This document shows, one piece after another, positions 35,201 to 48,726 of a stretch of DNA of 64,000 nucleotides. Position 1 is the stretch's first letter, and each line of letters begins with the position of its first letter. The translations under genes and the position numbers were made by a program. Below the pieces are notes generated by a model, which did not search any database, was not told the DNA's origin, and saw only the letters and a list, made by a program, of their open reading frames with translations. Origin of the DNA: Azolla caroliniana (Eukaryota > Plantae > Polypodiophyta); contig JBHGNT010000022.1 of assembly GCA_043228905.1 (NCBI GenBank), positions 2,356,001-2,420,000 of the forward strand, written 5' to 3'.

Positions 35201-38081
35201 TTACCGGTCGGGGCTTGTCTGCTGTGCCGAGGTCCACCTCCTCGAGTTGGGATGCTTTTACCCTCTGGGATATCGTCATTTCCCTCTCTAGGGATTCCTG
35301 CGCTTGTCGCAGTTTCCGGATCGCCGCTTGGTCCGGTTCTTCCGGCGTCGTAATGTACGGTTCTACTGCCGCCGTGATATCCACCTCAAATAGTGGGACG
35401 ATTCGTGGGTGTTCCTCGAGGTACCGCTCGACTTCCTCGTCCGGTAATCCCTCCAACATGTTAATGCTTTCCGCATACAATGGAGTTGCTTCCTTACTGG
35501 TGATCACCCGTGGTTGCGTCGTTACTCGTACCTTTGTTTTCCCTCGCCGGAATGTGATCATGTTCTTTTGCCAGTTCTGCTTGATATGCGCCGTTCGCAG
35601 CCATGGTCGTCCTAGCAGTAGGGGGTACGCGCCTTGTACATTCAGCTGCAGCACCACGGCCGATATCCGGAATACGTGGCCTCCGATCGTTACTTCCAAA
35701 TCCCGGATAAGCCCGGTCGGTCGGACTGAGCTGGTATCCACCATGCATAACCAGAAGGGGCATGGTTCCCATTCCCGGATGCCCAGGTTGTTGCATGTCT
35801 GTCAGCTGATGAAATTTACCTCGGAGCCTCCGTCAATAATCGTTCCAGCAATTTCCTTTCCTTTTACGATTGCCATGATTGTCGGGCTACTTGTATCGAC
35901 CACAGCTGGTCCTTCCTCCAGGTTGGAGAAGAATGCCGGTGCTGGTGTCGGTTTGCTCACAGATGCCTGTAAGTCTGCCGTAAACCGTGGCACCAACTAT
36001 AGTAGCCGTGCTAACGGCAGCACGATTTGACAGTCCTGTAGTGCTTGCCACGTCGGGTTTTCTCCTGGCTATAGGATTTCTTCGTCTTTTGGCATATTTT
36101 GGTCTCTTACTTCTGCCGCATTCTGTTCATTGGCCTCCTTGATCCATTGCGCCGCTTGTTTTTTGATTGCCTCCTGGGCTTCCCACTCGGCGGTCTTTCC
36201 CTTTGACCGGGTTGTGACCTGCTGTACTTCTGTTATTTCGGCTGTAACCATGTTGACTGTCGACTGCTTGTCCTTGGTTTTGATTGGGCATTGGTTACTA
36301 TAATGGCCCTCCTTACGGCAGTAATAACAGTACACCTTGTGACTGTTGCTCGTTTCTCCTTTGTCCCCGGTTTGGAGGCTGGGTATACTTCGGCGGTCGT
36401 CTTCGGTTTTTCGGTTATCCGGTACCGATACCGGGTTATCATTCCTTGCTGCCTCCCGACGTTCCTCTCTTCGGAAAAATCCACGCTTCTGATTCCGTCG
36501 GAAATTTCGGTTCCCTTGTCGCCTCTCTTCTCTGCGTCGTTCGTATTCCGGGGATTCATCTCGGTCGTACCGGTCCCGGGGGTAGCTATCTCTGCGTTTC
36601 TCCTCTCGGTCATAGTTATCACATCTTCTATCAGCGTATCTGTTACCGCGTTCGCGTTGGTAGCGGTCGTCTCTCCATAATCGATCCTCATCCGGGTTCT
36701 GATTGCGCGGTTCTATGTGTCGAACCGGTGCTGCCTGCCGATTTAACAGGTTATATTCGCATCGGTCCGTTGTATGGGCTCGAGAGTTGCAGATCATACA
36801 TTGTGTCCGCAGGGTGCAGTCTACCGTTGAGTGGCCCAAATTTAGGCATGTTGTGCATTGTAAGGCCTGTCGGAACCTCAGGTCTTCCTCCTTCGGGAGT
36901 GCCCGGTGTAACATCCCCATCGACAAGAAGGAGCTAGTCTTGTCCATTTCTAAGACCTGATCAATAACTTGGTCCATTGTGCTGGTGCGGAAATCAAGGA
37001 CTCCGCACATTGTTCGAAGTGGCTCTTTCAGCGCGGCCAAAAAGACTGCTTTGGCTTCGTCTTCGGGTGGTGCTCTCGTCAGTTGGCTGTGCAGGGTCTG
37101 AAACTGAATGATGAATTGTGGCACAGTCTCGTTCTCTTCCTGCCGGGTGGTGTAGAACTGCCCAACCAATTCCCTTTGCTCAACTTGTCTGTGAAAAAGC
37201 CTGAGGAATTTGGCCTTCAAGGCATCGAATGTGGCAAAGCTGCCCGGTAAGTGCTTTGCGTGCCATCGGGCCGCCGGTCCTTCTAAGGTCATGCCGAATT
37301 CGGCGACTTTGGATCGTTCGGCTTCGGGCTCCGTCAGTCTTTGGGAGACATGGTTGGCTTCCCATGTTTGGAGGAATGCGTACACGAGTGCCTCAGCGTC
37401 GGGATCATCCCGGTACTTTGGGTATGGGTACGGCATCGTATCGTCCAACTGACTCTCCTGCTTTCTCCGCTCTCTGTCCGCTGTTGGCGTTGGTGTGAGA
37501 ACCTTTGGTTCCTCCGCGGTTGGTGCCGGTATCCGCTCCTTCAGTTCCTCCGCGGGTGTTGCCAGTGTCCGGTCCTTTGGTTCCTCCGCGGTTGTTGTCG
37601 GTATCCGCTCCTTCGGTTCCTTCGTGGGTGTTGTCGGTATCCGGTCAGCCTCCCTCGGCGATTGCCGGTCACCAAACTCCAAGGTTATTTCTTCCTCTGG
37701 CTCCGGTGTTACTGAGTCTTCCGACCCCTCTTCCCCCGGGTCGTTTGGTGTGTCGTGGCTGCTTTTATACCGGGACACAACGCTTCCGTCGATTTCCGAC
37801 TCCGCCTCAAGTGTTGCGAATGCTTCCGAGTCCCCGTCGCCCCCGGCGAGCGTCTGTAGTATCGTTTCCGCCTCTTGCAGGCTTGTTATGCTACTGCCTT
37901 CGTCGGGGACTTGCAGAACCCGGAACTGCAGTGCTTCTTCTGCGACTCTCCAAAGAGTTCTGAAGAATGACTGATCTCGCCGGATCTCGTCGACGGCTTG
38001 CTGCAAGGCTTCCCGTCGTTGCTCTCGTTCGGTGTATCGTCTCCCTCGTTCGGTGATGTGGTCGTCGTTTGGTCTAGACAT
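32255..38081 (-). pseudogene. A2 gag-pol, originally one ~1940-codon ORF
   Basis: ORF pieces from Gag through RNase H are in one frame, separated by point stops; one 11-bp deletion frameshift near 33655. Confidence 0.93.
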
Positions 38082-38527
38082 CCATCTCCCGGTTGTCCTC
38101 TGCACTTTGCAAGAATCGTGGTCGCCAAAATAGTGTTGTCTGCCTGGCCGGACTAGCCTCAACACAGGTGTCTATCCGACACTTCTCCAAAGGGGTGGTA
38201 AGGCTTGGATGCTAGGTTACACGCGTAAGATGATTACCGTAAGCACAGACGGTAAAACAATACAAAGATAAAGATAAACACGCAATAATTACTTTTGTAT
38301 TACTTCCGTAAAGCCTTTACAAATCATCGGATCCTTTTATAGGCATCCGGCAAGGTTACAATCGGTGCGCTTAGGCAACCGGCATCCGAATCGGTCCGGA
38401 TCCGGATCAGTACAACTGTACCGGATCCGTCCCTCCGAATAATAATTATACTATTATTTACTTCCTATTATCCGATCCGACTCCGCCTTCCCACTTGTGC
38501 TTGCTCTTCTGACCGGTCAACAAGTCT

Positions 38528-39616
38528 ATTTGTCTTGATTTTAACATAGATCTTCCGGTCTCGAAGGGGTTCGATGCTATCCTAACCGTTGTCGATCAAT
38601 ATACGAAGATGGCACATTTTGTGCCGTGTACTAAAGCCATCACTAGCAAGGAAACCGCCGCCCTTGTTATGCGTGAGGTATTTCGGCATCATGGCCTCCC
38701 AGACAGTATCATCAATGACCGAGGACCACAATTTGTCTCCAAATTTTGGCAGCATCTCTTCAAGATGCTCAAGGTCTCCTGCAACCTCTCCTCCGGCTAC
38801 CATCCTCAGACCGACGGGCAGGCGGAACGAACAAACCAAACACTGGAGCAATATCTCTGATGTTTCCTGAGTTATCAACAGGACGATTGGGCCGAGATTC
38901 TCCACTTTGCGGAGTTTGCGTATAATAATGCTATTCACTCCTCGACTCGGGTCTCCCCATTTTTCGCTTATACCGGTTTCCATCCTCGCTGGTCGGTGAT
39001 CGACACCCCAGATCTACCTACCAACCCTCGTGCCGAGGATCATTTGGAGAGGCTACGCAAGATCCAAATGGATCTTTCTAATCACCTTCGTCATGCTCAA
39101 CACACACATAAGACTTATCTAGATCGTCATCAGATTCCCTCCTCTTTTGCCATCGGAGATCGAGTATGGCTCTTACGTCGTCACATCAAGACTACTCGAC
39201 CGTGCAACAAGTTGGATTATCGACGACTCGGTCCCTTCCGTATTATGGGTAAGATTAATGATGTCACATTCCGCCTTGATCTCCCTCCGCAACTTCAGAT
39301 ACATCCGGTTTTCCATTGTTCTCTTCTTGAACCGTATAAAGCAAACACCATTCCCGATCGTGTGACACCACCGCCGCCCCCGCTGGAGTTGGACGCCGGC
39401 CCAGAGTATGAAGTTGCTGCCATCCTCGATTCCAAACTTGTTCGCAACAACCTTTATTACTTGGTCGATTGGCTCGGTTATAGTCCGAGCAAACGTACTT
39501 AGGAACCCGTCGAGCATGTTGCCAATGCACAAGATCTTCTTGCTGATTTCCACCAAAAGTATCCGGACAAACCCGGTCCGCAATCAGCGCCGACTCGTTC
39601 CACTTGTCGTCTTTAA
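38528..39616 (+). pseudogene. D integrase C-part and chromodomain
   Basis: HGLPDSIINDRG, YHPQTDGQAER, LGPF, HPVFH, then EYEVAAILDSK...YYLVDWLGY...T*EP (chromodomain from ~39404). Confidence 0.93.
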
Positions 39617-39627
39617 GGGGGAGATAG

Positions 39628-40071
39628 TGTCATGATATGGCAAGACTCGAACCCATGACCTTATGCTACATGGGTCGAGCTCTTACCATTATACTATGAA
39701 TTGTAATTTGTAGGATATTATTTTCATTTATGTTTTATCATAGAAAATTGATGTATATTCCAGATCTCTTTGGAACATTCTAGAAGCTTCAGGCTTATTC
39801 CTAAAAACACTATAAACGGAGGCACAAGGCATTGTCTTGAACCAAATTGGTTCAACACCAGTCTTAAGCCTCTTAGCCGCTTTGTACTTATCTTTTACAT
39901 AATATATTAGCTGCTGTCATCATCTCTCTCTCTCTCTCATTCTCGCTATCTCTCTCTCTCCTCTTCTCACTTCCTCTCTCGGGAGTCTTACGTAGTCCTG
40001 TCCCCTTAGTAGTAATAGTACTACTCTTCTTTAGTACTAATTCCATCTCTGTTTTAGTACTATTCCTAACA
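39628..40071 (+). repeat. D 3' LTR
   Basis: TGTCA start after the PPT; direct repeat of 24385-24836. Confidence 0.93.
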
Positions 40072-40076
40072 CGAGC

Positions 40077-43000
40077 CACACGATGGACCGGTGCGAATAT
40101 AACTTATTGAACCAGCAAGCACCACCAGTCCGGAAAATCGAGCCACGTAGCAGCCGTGACGAAGAAGACGAACGTTGGCGGCGAGAGGAGCGATATCGAT
40201 CGGCACTGGATGTCCAGTACAGCAATCGGCGAGAGGAGCGATATCGATCGGCACAGGATGTCCGGTACAGCAATCGGCGAGACAACTATGACCGGTACAA
40301 GAGATATGACGAGTACGGAGATTACAACGGACGGTACGAGCATTACAACCGGGATCACTCCCCTGGGTATCACCAACGACGGGAAGATTACGGGAGATAT
40401 GACGACCAACCCCGTCAAGGGTACCACAAAAAAAAGAAGTTTAATAAAAAACGACATTTCAAAAAAGGGAGCCACCCACGTGAACCGGAAAAAGGCCGAA
40501 TCCAGCAAAGCCAACCGGACCAAAGCCCCGCGGTTACCACGGGTACAGGAAACAATGCCGAATCCAGCAATGCCCGGAAAACATATTGCTATTATTGCCG
40601 GCAAGAAGGACATTATAGTAATCAATGTCCGGAAAAAAGCTATGACAAGCGACCGGCAGTAAACATGGTAGTCGCCGAAGTCGCAGACCTGCAGCAGGTT
40701 ACCACAAGGTCGAAGGGCAAGGCAACGGAATTAGAGACACAAGAGGCGATCCGGAAGTAGGCAACGGAATGGGTGAAAAAGACGAATGAGTGAAACGTAG
40801 CAGAACTTGCGCAACAAAAGGAGAACACCGAAGAGCTCGTCGGCGGAAGTCAGACCGAAAATGCGACATGGCAGGCATTGCAAGAGTGCCAAATCACGCT
40901 GCCATTAGGACGGCTCCTGCAACTAGTGCCCAGATTCACAGAAGGACTCAAGACAGGCATGACGGTAGGAGAAACACCACCGGCACCAACATTCTTCTCA
41001 AATCCGGAGGAGGGACCGGCGGTGGTAGACAAAAACAGTCCGACGATCACAGCCATCGTGAAGGGAAAGGAGTTACCCAGAACAGTAATAGATGGAGGAT
41101 CCGGCGTCAATGTGATTAGCCTCCGAACATGCACAACCTTGGGAATCGAAGAGTGGGAACCGTGCCCGTTCTGACTACGGATGGTGGATACAAACTCAGT
41201 ACGACCGACCGGCTTGATACGAGATTTGGAAGTAACAATCAGCGGCCACACATTTCGCATCTCGGCAGTAGTGCTACAATTACAGGCACAAGGAGCTACC
41301 CGCTATTGTTGGGGCGGCCATGGCTAAAAATGGCGCACATTAAACAAAACTGGAGAAAGAATATCATCACCTTCCGGCGAGGAAAAGCAAAAGTACGGGT
41401 ACCGACGCAACCACGGATGGGTACCGGGAAGGAACTAACACCCCTATATGCCGAATGTGTCAATATGTTGGACGGATTAGCAGACGAAGAGGTGTATCAA
41501 TACTTACAAAATAACCCGAAGATAGTACCCCTATTCGAAATTGACATAGTTGAAGCCGTATCACCATACATACTGCCACAGGACGGAGCCGACGAAGAAC
41601 CAAATAAAGAGGCGATCTGGAAGCTATGGCAAGCACAAGAAGCGTTGGAAAGAGAAATGGCCATATCACAACGGGTTAAAGCATCCCAACTAGAGGAGGT
41701 AAATCTAGGAACTATGGAAGAGGTGAGACCGGTGCTGATAGCCAAGGAAATGACTACGGAGAACAGGATGACGATGATTACACTTCTCAAGAAGTTTCGG
41801 GACGTGTTTGCCTGGTCCTACGAGGATATGTGAGGGCTCGATCATCAGCTATATCAGCATCAGATACATTTGAGCAAGAACGCCAAACAGGTAGCACAAC
41901 GACGGTACCGGATGAATCCGAACTACGCCACCAAAGTCAAGGAGGAAATGGACAAGTTGCTGAGGTTTGGCTTTATCCATCCCATAAAGAAATTTACATG
42001 GCTGAGCCCGATAGTAGTCGTACCAAAGACAAACGGCAAAATTAGAGTATGTGTTGACTACCGGAAGCTTAATGCGGTGACGGTAACGGATGCATTTCCA
42101 CTTCCATTTACGGATGGAGTTTTGGACGCAGTCGCCGGCCATGAGGTATACAATTTTTTAGACGGATTCAGCGGATACAACCAGATCCGGATGCACCCCG
42201 ATGACCAGGAGAAAACAACTTTCGTCACTGAATGGGGAGTGTTTGTTGCTGTGGTGATGATGTTCGGACTCAAAACGGCGCCGGCAACGTTCCAGAGGAT
42301 CATCATGGAAATATTCGGAAAAATTCATACCAGCGTTCATGAAGGTGTTCCTCGACGACTTCGCCATTTACAGCCGGGAAGGAGACCACCTTTAGCACCT
42401 CCGATTGTGTCTAGAAAAGTGTAGGGCTTACCGGCTAAGCCTGAATCCGGCGAAGTGTGTATTCGGCGTGTCCAACGGAGCGCTACTGGGGCACATTATG
42501 AGCAAGGAGGGCATCGCCGTGGACCCGGACAAAGTAAAAGCAATCCTGGAGGCACCGGCACCAGAAACGGCAAAGGCATCGAGCCGTTTCTTAGGCCAAA
42601 TCCGTTAGCATAGTCAAATGCTCCGGTATTTGGCGAACCTCGCTACACCACTGCATGTTGCGGTACACCGAACACCGTTCCAGTGGACCGACACCGAGGA
42701 CAAGGCATACCGGGCACTCAAAGTTCTATTGTCGCAAGCGCCGGTAGTGCAACCCCCGGATTGGGCGAATGAATTTCATGTGTTCGTGGATGCGTTTGAC
42801 ATTCCAATCGGGAGTGCATTGATGCAACTTACGGAGCCAAGATGGTACCGGCCTGTATATTACGCAAGCCTAAAGTTATCCCAAGCCGAACGAAATTATT
42901 CCACCATGGAAAGGGAAGCTTTAGGCATGATCTACAACGTAACAAAATTCAGGCACTATTTATTGGGAAGAAAGTTTTCCTTCCATGTAGATCACTCGGC

Positions 43001-43190
43001 ACTCCTCTACCTAGTGTCCAAAGCGTCACTTACCGGTAAGTTGGCCCGGTGGACTTTGCTATTACAGGAATTCGAATTCGAGATATTCCACCGACCCGGC
43101 ATACAGCATGCGGTAGTAGATTATTTAAGCCGGCTAGATTTCGGCGAAACCGGCGACGGAGTACCGGACGTGTTTTGGGTAAGGGTCTGA
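40077..43190 (+). pseudogene. E gag C-part, protease, RT, RNase H (no integrase)
   Basis: CYYCRQEGHYSNQC, VIDGGSGVN, RVCVDYRKLN, VFLDDFA; homology to A pol stops at GDGVPD (~43170). Confidence 0.92.
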
Positions 43191-43641
43191 CAGGACCGGA
43201 GAAAAATTAACCACACAACTAATTTTAAAAAAAAGAAAAAAGAAAAAAAAAGGAAAAAAAATGAAAAATGAAAAAGCGAATTAAAGAAATCATGGAAAGG
43301 AGTGGTGGAAATGGCCATGCAAACGAGGAGTAAAGAGGCACGTCGAAAAGGTACGAGGAGGCTATGAATAAGACATTAAACCACCGCCACATGGCACACA
43401 ATACTATTATAGTACACGACCTGCACATGCGGAGGCTCGAAAAAGGCGCCAAGATGCAGAGAGAAAACCCCCATGCATCGAGACCTTCTCCTTTCGCGAA
43501 CCAAGGAGAACAGACGTAGACAGACGCGTGAAGATCAATCGAAGAGAGCTCGCGCATAGAGAACCCCCTCACTCAGAGCTTTCTCTCTCACATTCTCCCC
43601 ACCATCAAACCTCGCCAACGCTCTAGGACCTTGATGCAGAG

Positions 43642-46406
43642 ATGGACTGCCAAACACTGTCTGAAGCCGCCATGAAATGGTACGGCAACACGGGCTGGAG
43701 GGTTTCTTGATGATCATGGAGGTAGTGCCACACAAGGAGGCCGAAAAGATTATCAAAGAAATCGACACAGAGGTGATCACGAAGTAGGCGATCCGTGCGT
43801 TAACAGGCCTTCTAGAGGGGGGCATCTACACGATCGACAATCCTACCTCCGAGCAGCTCATCAAATATTTCGGTAAGTATTCTCTTGCCAGCAAAGGCTA
43901 CAGGACACAGGGAAGACATGTTATTCGGCGAAATTGCCCGTATACTCCATGAGTTCGGCCACGTATACCCTCGACCCCCTGTTATGCCTCAGAACCGAGC
44001 AGGCTTGATTATCGCGACATACGAAGGGGTCAAGGTGGATTGGCCGGTGCTGATTGCCGACAGGTTGTGTACGGCTATTGATATCGTAAGAGGAAAGGAT
44101 GGCAAGGAAGGCTGGAAAATATGGCATGCGATGACGCAATGGCTCACCCTATTGGTGCCACCGGTCGAGCCCGTCCAGACCAAGAAGCGGGGAAGAGCAA
44201 TGGACGGCACCCCGAAACTTGCTTCGAAACAACAACAATTGTTGGCTTCCAAGGCCACTAAGGGAAAGACGGCCGACACAGAGAAGGCGGCAAAGGAGCG
44301 CGCCAGCTGAAAGCAGCCGACGGACACACACAAGGAGACACCGGCACAGCCCCTGAGGAGCCCACTCCACCAACCGGTGCAGCAAGAAACAGACACCCTA
44401 GCGGCAAGAATGAATGTCGGGACTCAAGCGGAGGAAATGGAGGAAGAACCCACAGAGCACCTCCAGCGGCGGCTGGTGAAGAGCACCGTTGAATCAGCCG
44501 GGAAGCGTTCGGACCCACAGAAGGATGGAACGCCCGCAACTCATACTGAGCATCCCACGCCAAGGGAGGCACCGGAACCGGTCACAGAAGTCCCTGCACA
44601 ACAGGCAGCACCCGCAAGCCCCGTAACTCAAGAGCACGTTATACAAAGGCCAACCTCCTCAGCCGGCCAAGAACAAGCAGACAAGGGGCGGCTAGCCCAA
44701 TCACACCCAGAGCCGGAACGGCAAAGTGGTTAGCAGGCAGAACCAGAAGTGCAGCTCGACGCAGTTATGCGCGATCGGCCACTGGCAAGTGAACCCATCA
44801 GCCAACCCGCCGTGCAGACGCAACAACATTGCACCGGCAGCCAATGGCTCCGGTGGGTAGGAGAACAAATTGTCGGAGTAGTCGGATGCATAGAGGCGGA
44901 AGAAAGAGCGCAAACAGAACGGTTGCTCGTCACAACCGATGAACTGGAGACGGCCCGGTCAAGGATCCGGTGCCTCAAACAAGACTTGGATCGGATTACC
45001 GAAGACATGGCCAAAATGGCCTTAACCGCAATGCAGATCCAAGCACCGGTGACTCCAGTGGATGTACACATGAATAAGACCCCGGAGACGGAAACTGTCC
45101 CGGAGAAAGATGTGGCGCAAGCCCAAGAGCTTGCGGAATTACGAGACGAACTTGCCGCACAAGAAGCATTACGAAGCCGTGAACGAGACTTGAAGAAGGC
45201 GGTCGAAGAAAACTTAAAGAAGACTGTTGAGAACCTCCGCCGGGCAGAGGAAAACCTGCCTAAAGGACATCACGCATACGACCGGCTAAAGGAGGAAAAA
45301 GAGAAATTGCTGCAGGAGAAAGACAAGCTGCGACGGATGGCGGAGACGGAAATCGAAAGGCTGAAGGAAGAACTCCGTCAACAGAAGGACCGGGAGGACC
45401 GCGCGCGCCAGCAGATCAACTAGAGGCTGAAGCAAAAGACCGATGATTTTGATCATCTACACCGGGACTACAAGCAGCTGGAGACGGAGTATAAGCAACA
45501 GTAGGAACGGATGGCCGAGCTTCGGCAAGAAGTTGATAGGGCCACAACGACACTCGCCGACGAATGAGCTGAGAGTTCCAAGCTATTGGAGGAAGCGGCG
45601 ATGGACCGGATGGAGCTCCACAAGCAGAACCATGAAGAAAAGGAAAGGGCGACAATGGTGTTATAGAGGTTACAAACAACCTATCAAAGTCAATTGTCGC
45701 GTTATAGGGAGCAGGAGGCGGACATGGTCTGAATCATCAAGCAATTGAAAGAGGCGTGACAAGCCGCAAAGAATAAATCACAGATGGGAACCGAACGGAT
45801 CCAGTGCATCCTCCAGTCATGGCTCACCAAGACCAAAAGCTTGATTGACAAGAGCTCTGTGCGATGGTGGACGAAATGGCGCAGAATACGACGGAACTCC
45901 AATTACTTAGGGCGGACGTCGAAAACCGGCAGAAGGAGGGTGACGACTGTTATACGCTGACATCGGAGGACTTCACCACCATAAGGGATGAGCTGGCCGA
46001 AGATTTCACAGCCTTGGCGGATGAACAATTGGTGCAGGTCCAGCAACTCGTAGCTCAACTAGACGATGATCGGCTGGAGGCCCAAATCCAGTTTGAGAGC
46101 TATGAGCGGTCCCGGCTCCGGTAAGAAAAAGCAAGGAAGGCAGCAACGGTCAACCTTAGTGATGAGGAACCGTCGCTGGTACAAGGACCAGACGGGGACC
46201 AGTCCGGGATCAGTCAGCCAACGACAACTCCGACGGAGGAGACAGTGAAGGAAACGCCGGTGCTAGAGCAACAAACGGAGCAGCAGCCCCAAACGGAGAA
46301 GGCACAAATAGAGCAGCCACCGTAGCAGCCACAGTAGCAACAGATTCTCGACGAGGCATTGGAAATTCCGGAGCAAAGCATTCTAGACATTCTAGACGAA
46401 GCATAA
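43642..46406 (+). pseudogene. E extra ORF3 homolog
   Basis: LFGEIAR, IATYEGVKVDW, QWLTLLVPP, QWLRWVGEQ, EIERLKEELRQQKDR and terminal EQSILDILDEA* all align to A ORF3. Confidence 0.85.
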
Positions 46407-46460
46407 CAGGGCCGGATAATGGGTTCGACGTACAAGGTACTGTCCAACGGGCGTGCCATG

Positions 46461-46907
46461 TGTTACTCGACCGGCAAGAAGGCTTAAGGAGGTCTAAACC
46501 AGAGTGTGAAAGGAATAGTTTATTTGGGAACTGTTGTAATTAGTAGTCTTAAAATATATTAATATATGAGAAGATGTGGACGGATGAACTGGAATCGGTA
46601 TGCCGATCCGGATCCAGACTGATTCCGAAAAAGGTGCCTTTTGGCACCGTTTTCTACTTCGCACTGGAGACCTATATAAAGGCCCAGTTATAATGTAATC
46701 GACAGTGGATAATTAATAGAACTTATTACCTTAATCTTTCAATATTGATTACCATTCTGTACTCATTGTTATATCTTACGCGTGTTAATGATGTGTTGCT
46801 AAGTAATTGATTAAGGTCTAATTAAACGTTGAGCCGTAAGTCATCCTGCCGTAACACCCTTTGGTGAAGTGTCTTAAGTGGCTATTGTCCGGCCCCTAGG
46901 ATTAACA
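46461..46907 (+). repeat. E 3' LTR
   Basis: Direct repeat of the 5' LTR with a ~15-bp U5 deletion. Confidence 0.93.
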
Positions 46908-46912
46908 TTCCC

Positions 46913-48653
46913 TATCCGGTTCGTAGCTAAGGTTCTCAGTGAGTGACAGCGAGGATACGCCCAAGTTAAGTGCGAGCTCTGGGGTCAAGGCCGACAAAGA
47001 CTACCTGATCGGGACAGAGGTAATAATAGAGACAAACTACTTACCGATTCTCGGTATGGTTTCCGGATGTGCGACGCCAGACCTGGCAATGCTCAGATGT
47101 ATCGCGTACATCAAGTCCCTAAGTCTGGAGATGCGGTATATCTCCAGAAAGGACAACGCCATGGCCGACATGCTTTCAAGAGCGCGGTTTGACGACGAGG
47201 ATGGCATGGTTTCTGAGGACGAAGAAGTTGGCGAGAACTTCTTCGAGTCGGCTTACCTGGCAAGGGCAGGTAGCACCCCGGTGGTTAACGAGTTTGACGA
47301 GGGAGAATACGAAGGGGAGTGGCTCAAGATCGGTAGATTCCTGAAGACAATGACGCCGGACACTACGTGGACGAAAGACGAAGCTAATCGGGTCTGGAAG
47401 AACGCGCACTGGTTCTTCCTACGGGGTAGGAACCTATGGAAGCATCCGAAGAAGAGAGGTGGCATCCCACTACGAATAGTGGCAGGGAAGGAGGAGTGGG
47501 AGATGTTGCTCGCGGCATAGTACGAGAATCCTTGGGTTAGTCACTGCAAGACTTGGGCCACGTTCGAGAAGCTAAAGGAGAAGTATTGGTGGTTGGGACT
47601 ATATCGGGACGTGCACCGGTTCGTAAGGATCTGCGAGAACTACCAGATGCACTACATGATCCAGCATCGAGACGATCTGCACCCAACCTACCCCCCGACC
47701 GTCCATTTCAAGTAGATGGTAGATTTGGTGACCATGCCGATGGGGATAGGATAGATGCGGTACCTGGTCCTGGCGCGAGAGGACTTGACGAACAATTTGG
47801 AGGGCCGCGCAATGCAAAATAAGACGACTGCGGCGGTATACCGATTCCTTATTGAGGAGGTGGTGTGCCGGTACGGGTGCGTAGGGAAGATTGTGGCAGA
47901 TCAGAGGGAGCTAGACGCGCAACCGAAGAGTTGTTCAACCGGCTAGGGGTCAAGCTCTCCCTCACTACGGCATACAACCCAGAGGCAAATGGGAAGATAG
48001 TATGAGGGCATGGCCCAAACGTGAAGGCGCTGGTGCGAGCGTGTGAAGGTCAGGTCAGGAATTGGCCACGGCTCTTACCCTACGCATTATGGGCAGACCG
48101 AACTACGCACATCTCTGTAACCGGGTTCATGCCGGCGGAGCTGATGTACGGGTAGAAGCCGATCATGCCGATGGAGAGAATGATCTCCTCGTGGGACGCG
48201 GTGGACTGGAGAGATGAGGTGAGCCGGGAGGAGCTGTGAGCGGCGCGAATCCAACAACTCGAGCGAAGACCGGAGGACGTGGAACAAGCAATGGCGAAGC
48301 TGCATGCAACAATGACAAAGAACAAGGGGCGATTCGACCGGACTCACCGACTATGACCAAGGAAAATCAAGGAAGGCCACTAGGTTTTGGTCTACGAAAG
48401 CAGCCTCAACAACCAGCACAAGGCACTGCGGAAGTTTGCAAGGAGGTGGTTCGGGCCATATGCGGTGACAAGCACCAACGACAATGGCACCTACCACCTC
48501 GCGGAACTCGACGGAAATAGAATAATTGTGCCGGTGGCCGGAAAGAGGATCAAGGCGTTCAAGAAGCGGCACAAGGACAAACTAGATCCAGAGGGCATGG
48601 ATGGCAACGATTACCGGTTCGGAGCGGGTGGCAAACCGGAGAGCAAAAGATAA
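46913..48653 (+). pseudogene. C1 RNase H and integrase
   Basis: NAMADMLSR, REDLTNNLEGRA, RYGCVGKIVAD, WFGPY, YHLAELDG. Confidence 0.9.
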
Positions 48654-48726
48654 TCGCGGGCCAGTCTTCTTTGGCAGAAGTCTATTCTGGCGCATACCGG
48701 AGGATGCACAGTTAGGTGGGGGTGGA

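Larger units (their letters stand above)
28486..38522 (-). mobile_element. Family A copy A2, full length (~10.0 kb)
   Basis: LTRs 28486-28874 and 38134-38522 (8 substitutions in 389 bp, counted by eye); TSD AGTCT at 28481-28485 and 38523-38527; PBS 38118-38127. Confidence 0.97.
24385..40071 (+). mobile_element. Chromovirus (Tcn1/Tf1-sushi-like Ty3/gypsy) element D, hosts A2
   Basis: LTRs 24385-24836 and 39628-40071; TSD CGAGC at 24380-24384 and 40072-40076; PPT AAGGGGGAGATAG at 39615-39627; C-terminal chromodomain. Confidence 0.95.
22627..46907 (+). mobile_element. Ty3/gypsy element E (A-related, integrase deleted), hosts D
   Basis: LTRs 22627-23088 and 46461-46907 (TGTTA...TAACA); TSD TTCCC at 22622-22626 and 46908-46912. 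Confidence 0.93.

Noticed and set aside
35107-36030. Long antisense ORFs over pol, gag and ORF3 (e.g. 35107-36030, 58627-59556, 36284-36937)
   Set aside because: Shadows of biased codon usage; they recur only because the copies are similar.
38082-38165. Gag start inside the LTR as given by the ORF track (also 56410)
   Set aside because: Non-ATG start; A/E homology begins at MSRP/MTRP (38081, 56494, 23144).
43225-43275. A-rich tracts as LINE/SINE poly(A) tails (also ~4180 and ~62430)
   Set aside because: Same position after pol in A and E and no TSDs; part of the element spacer.
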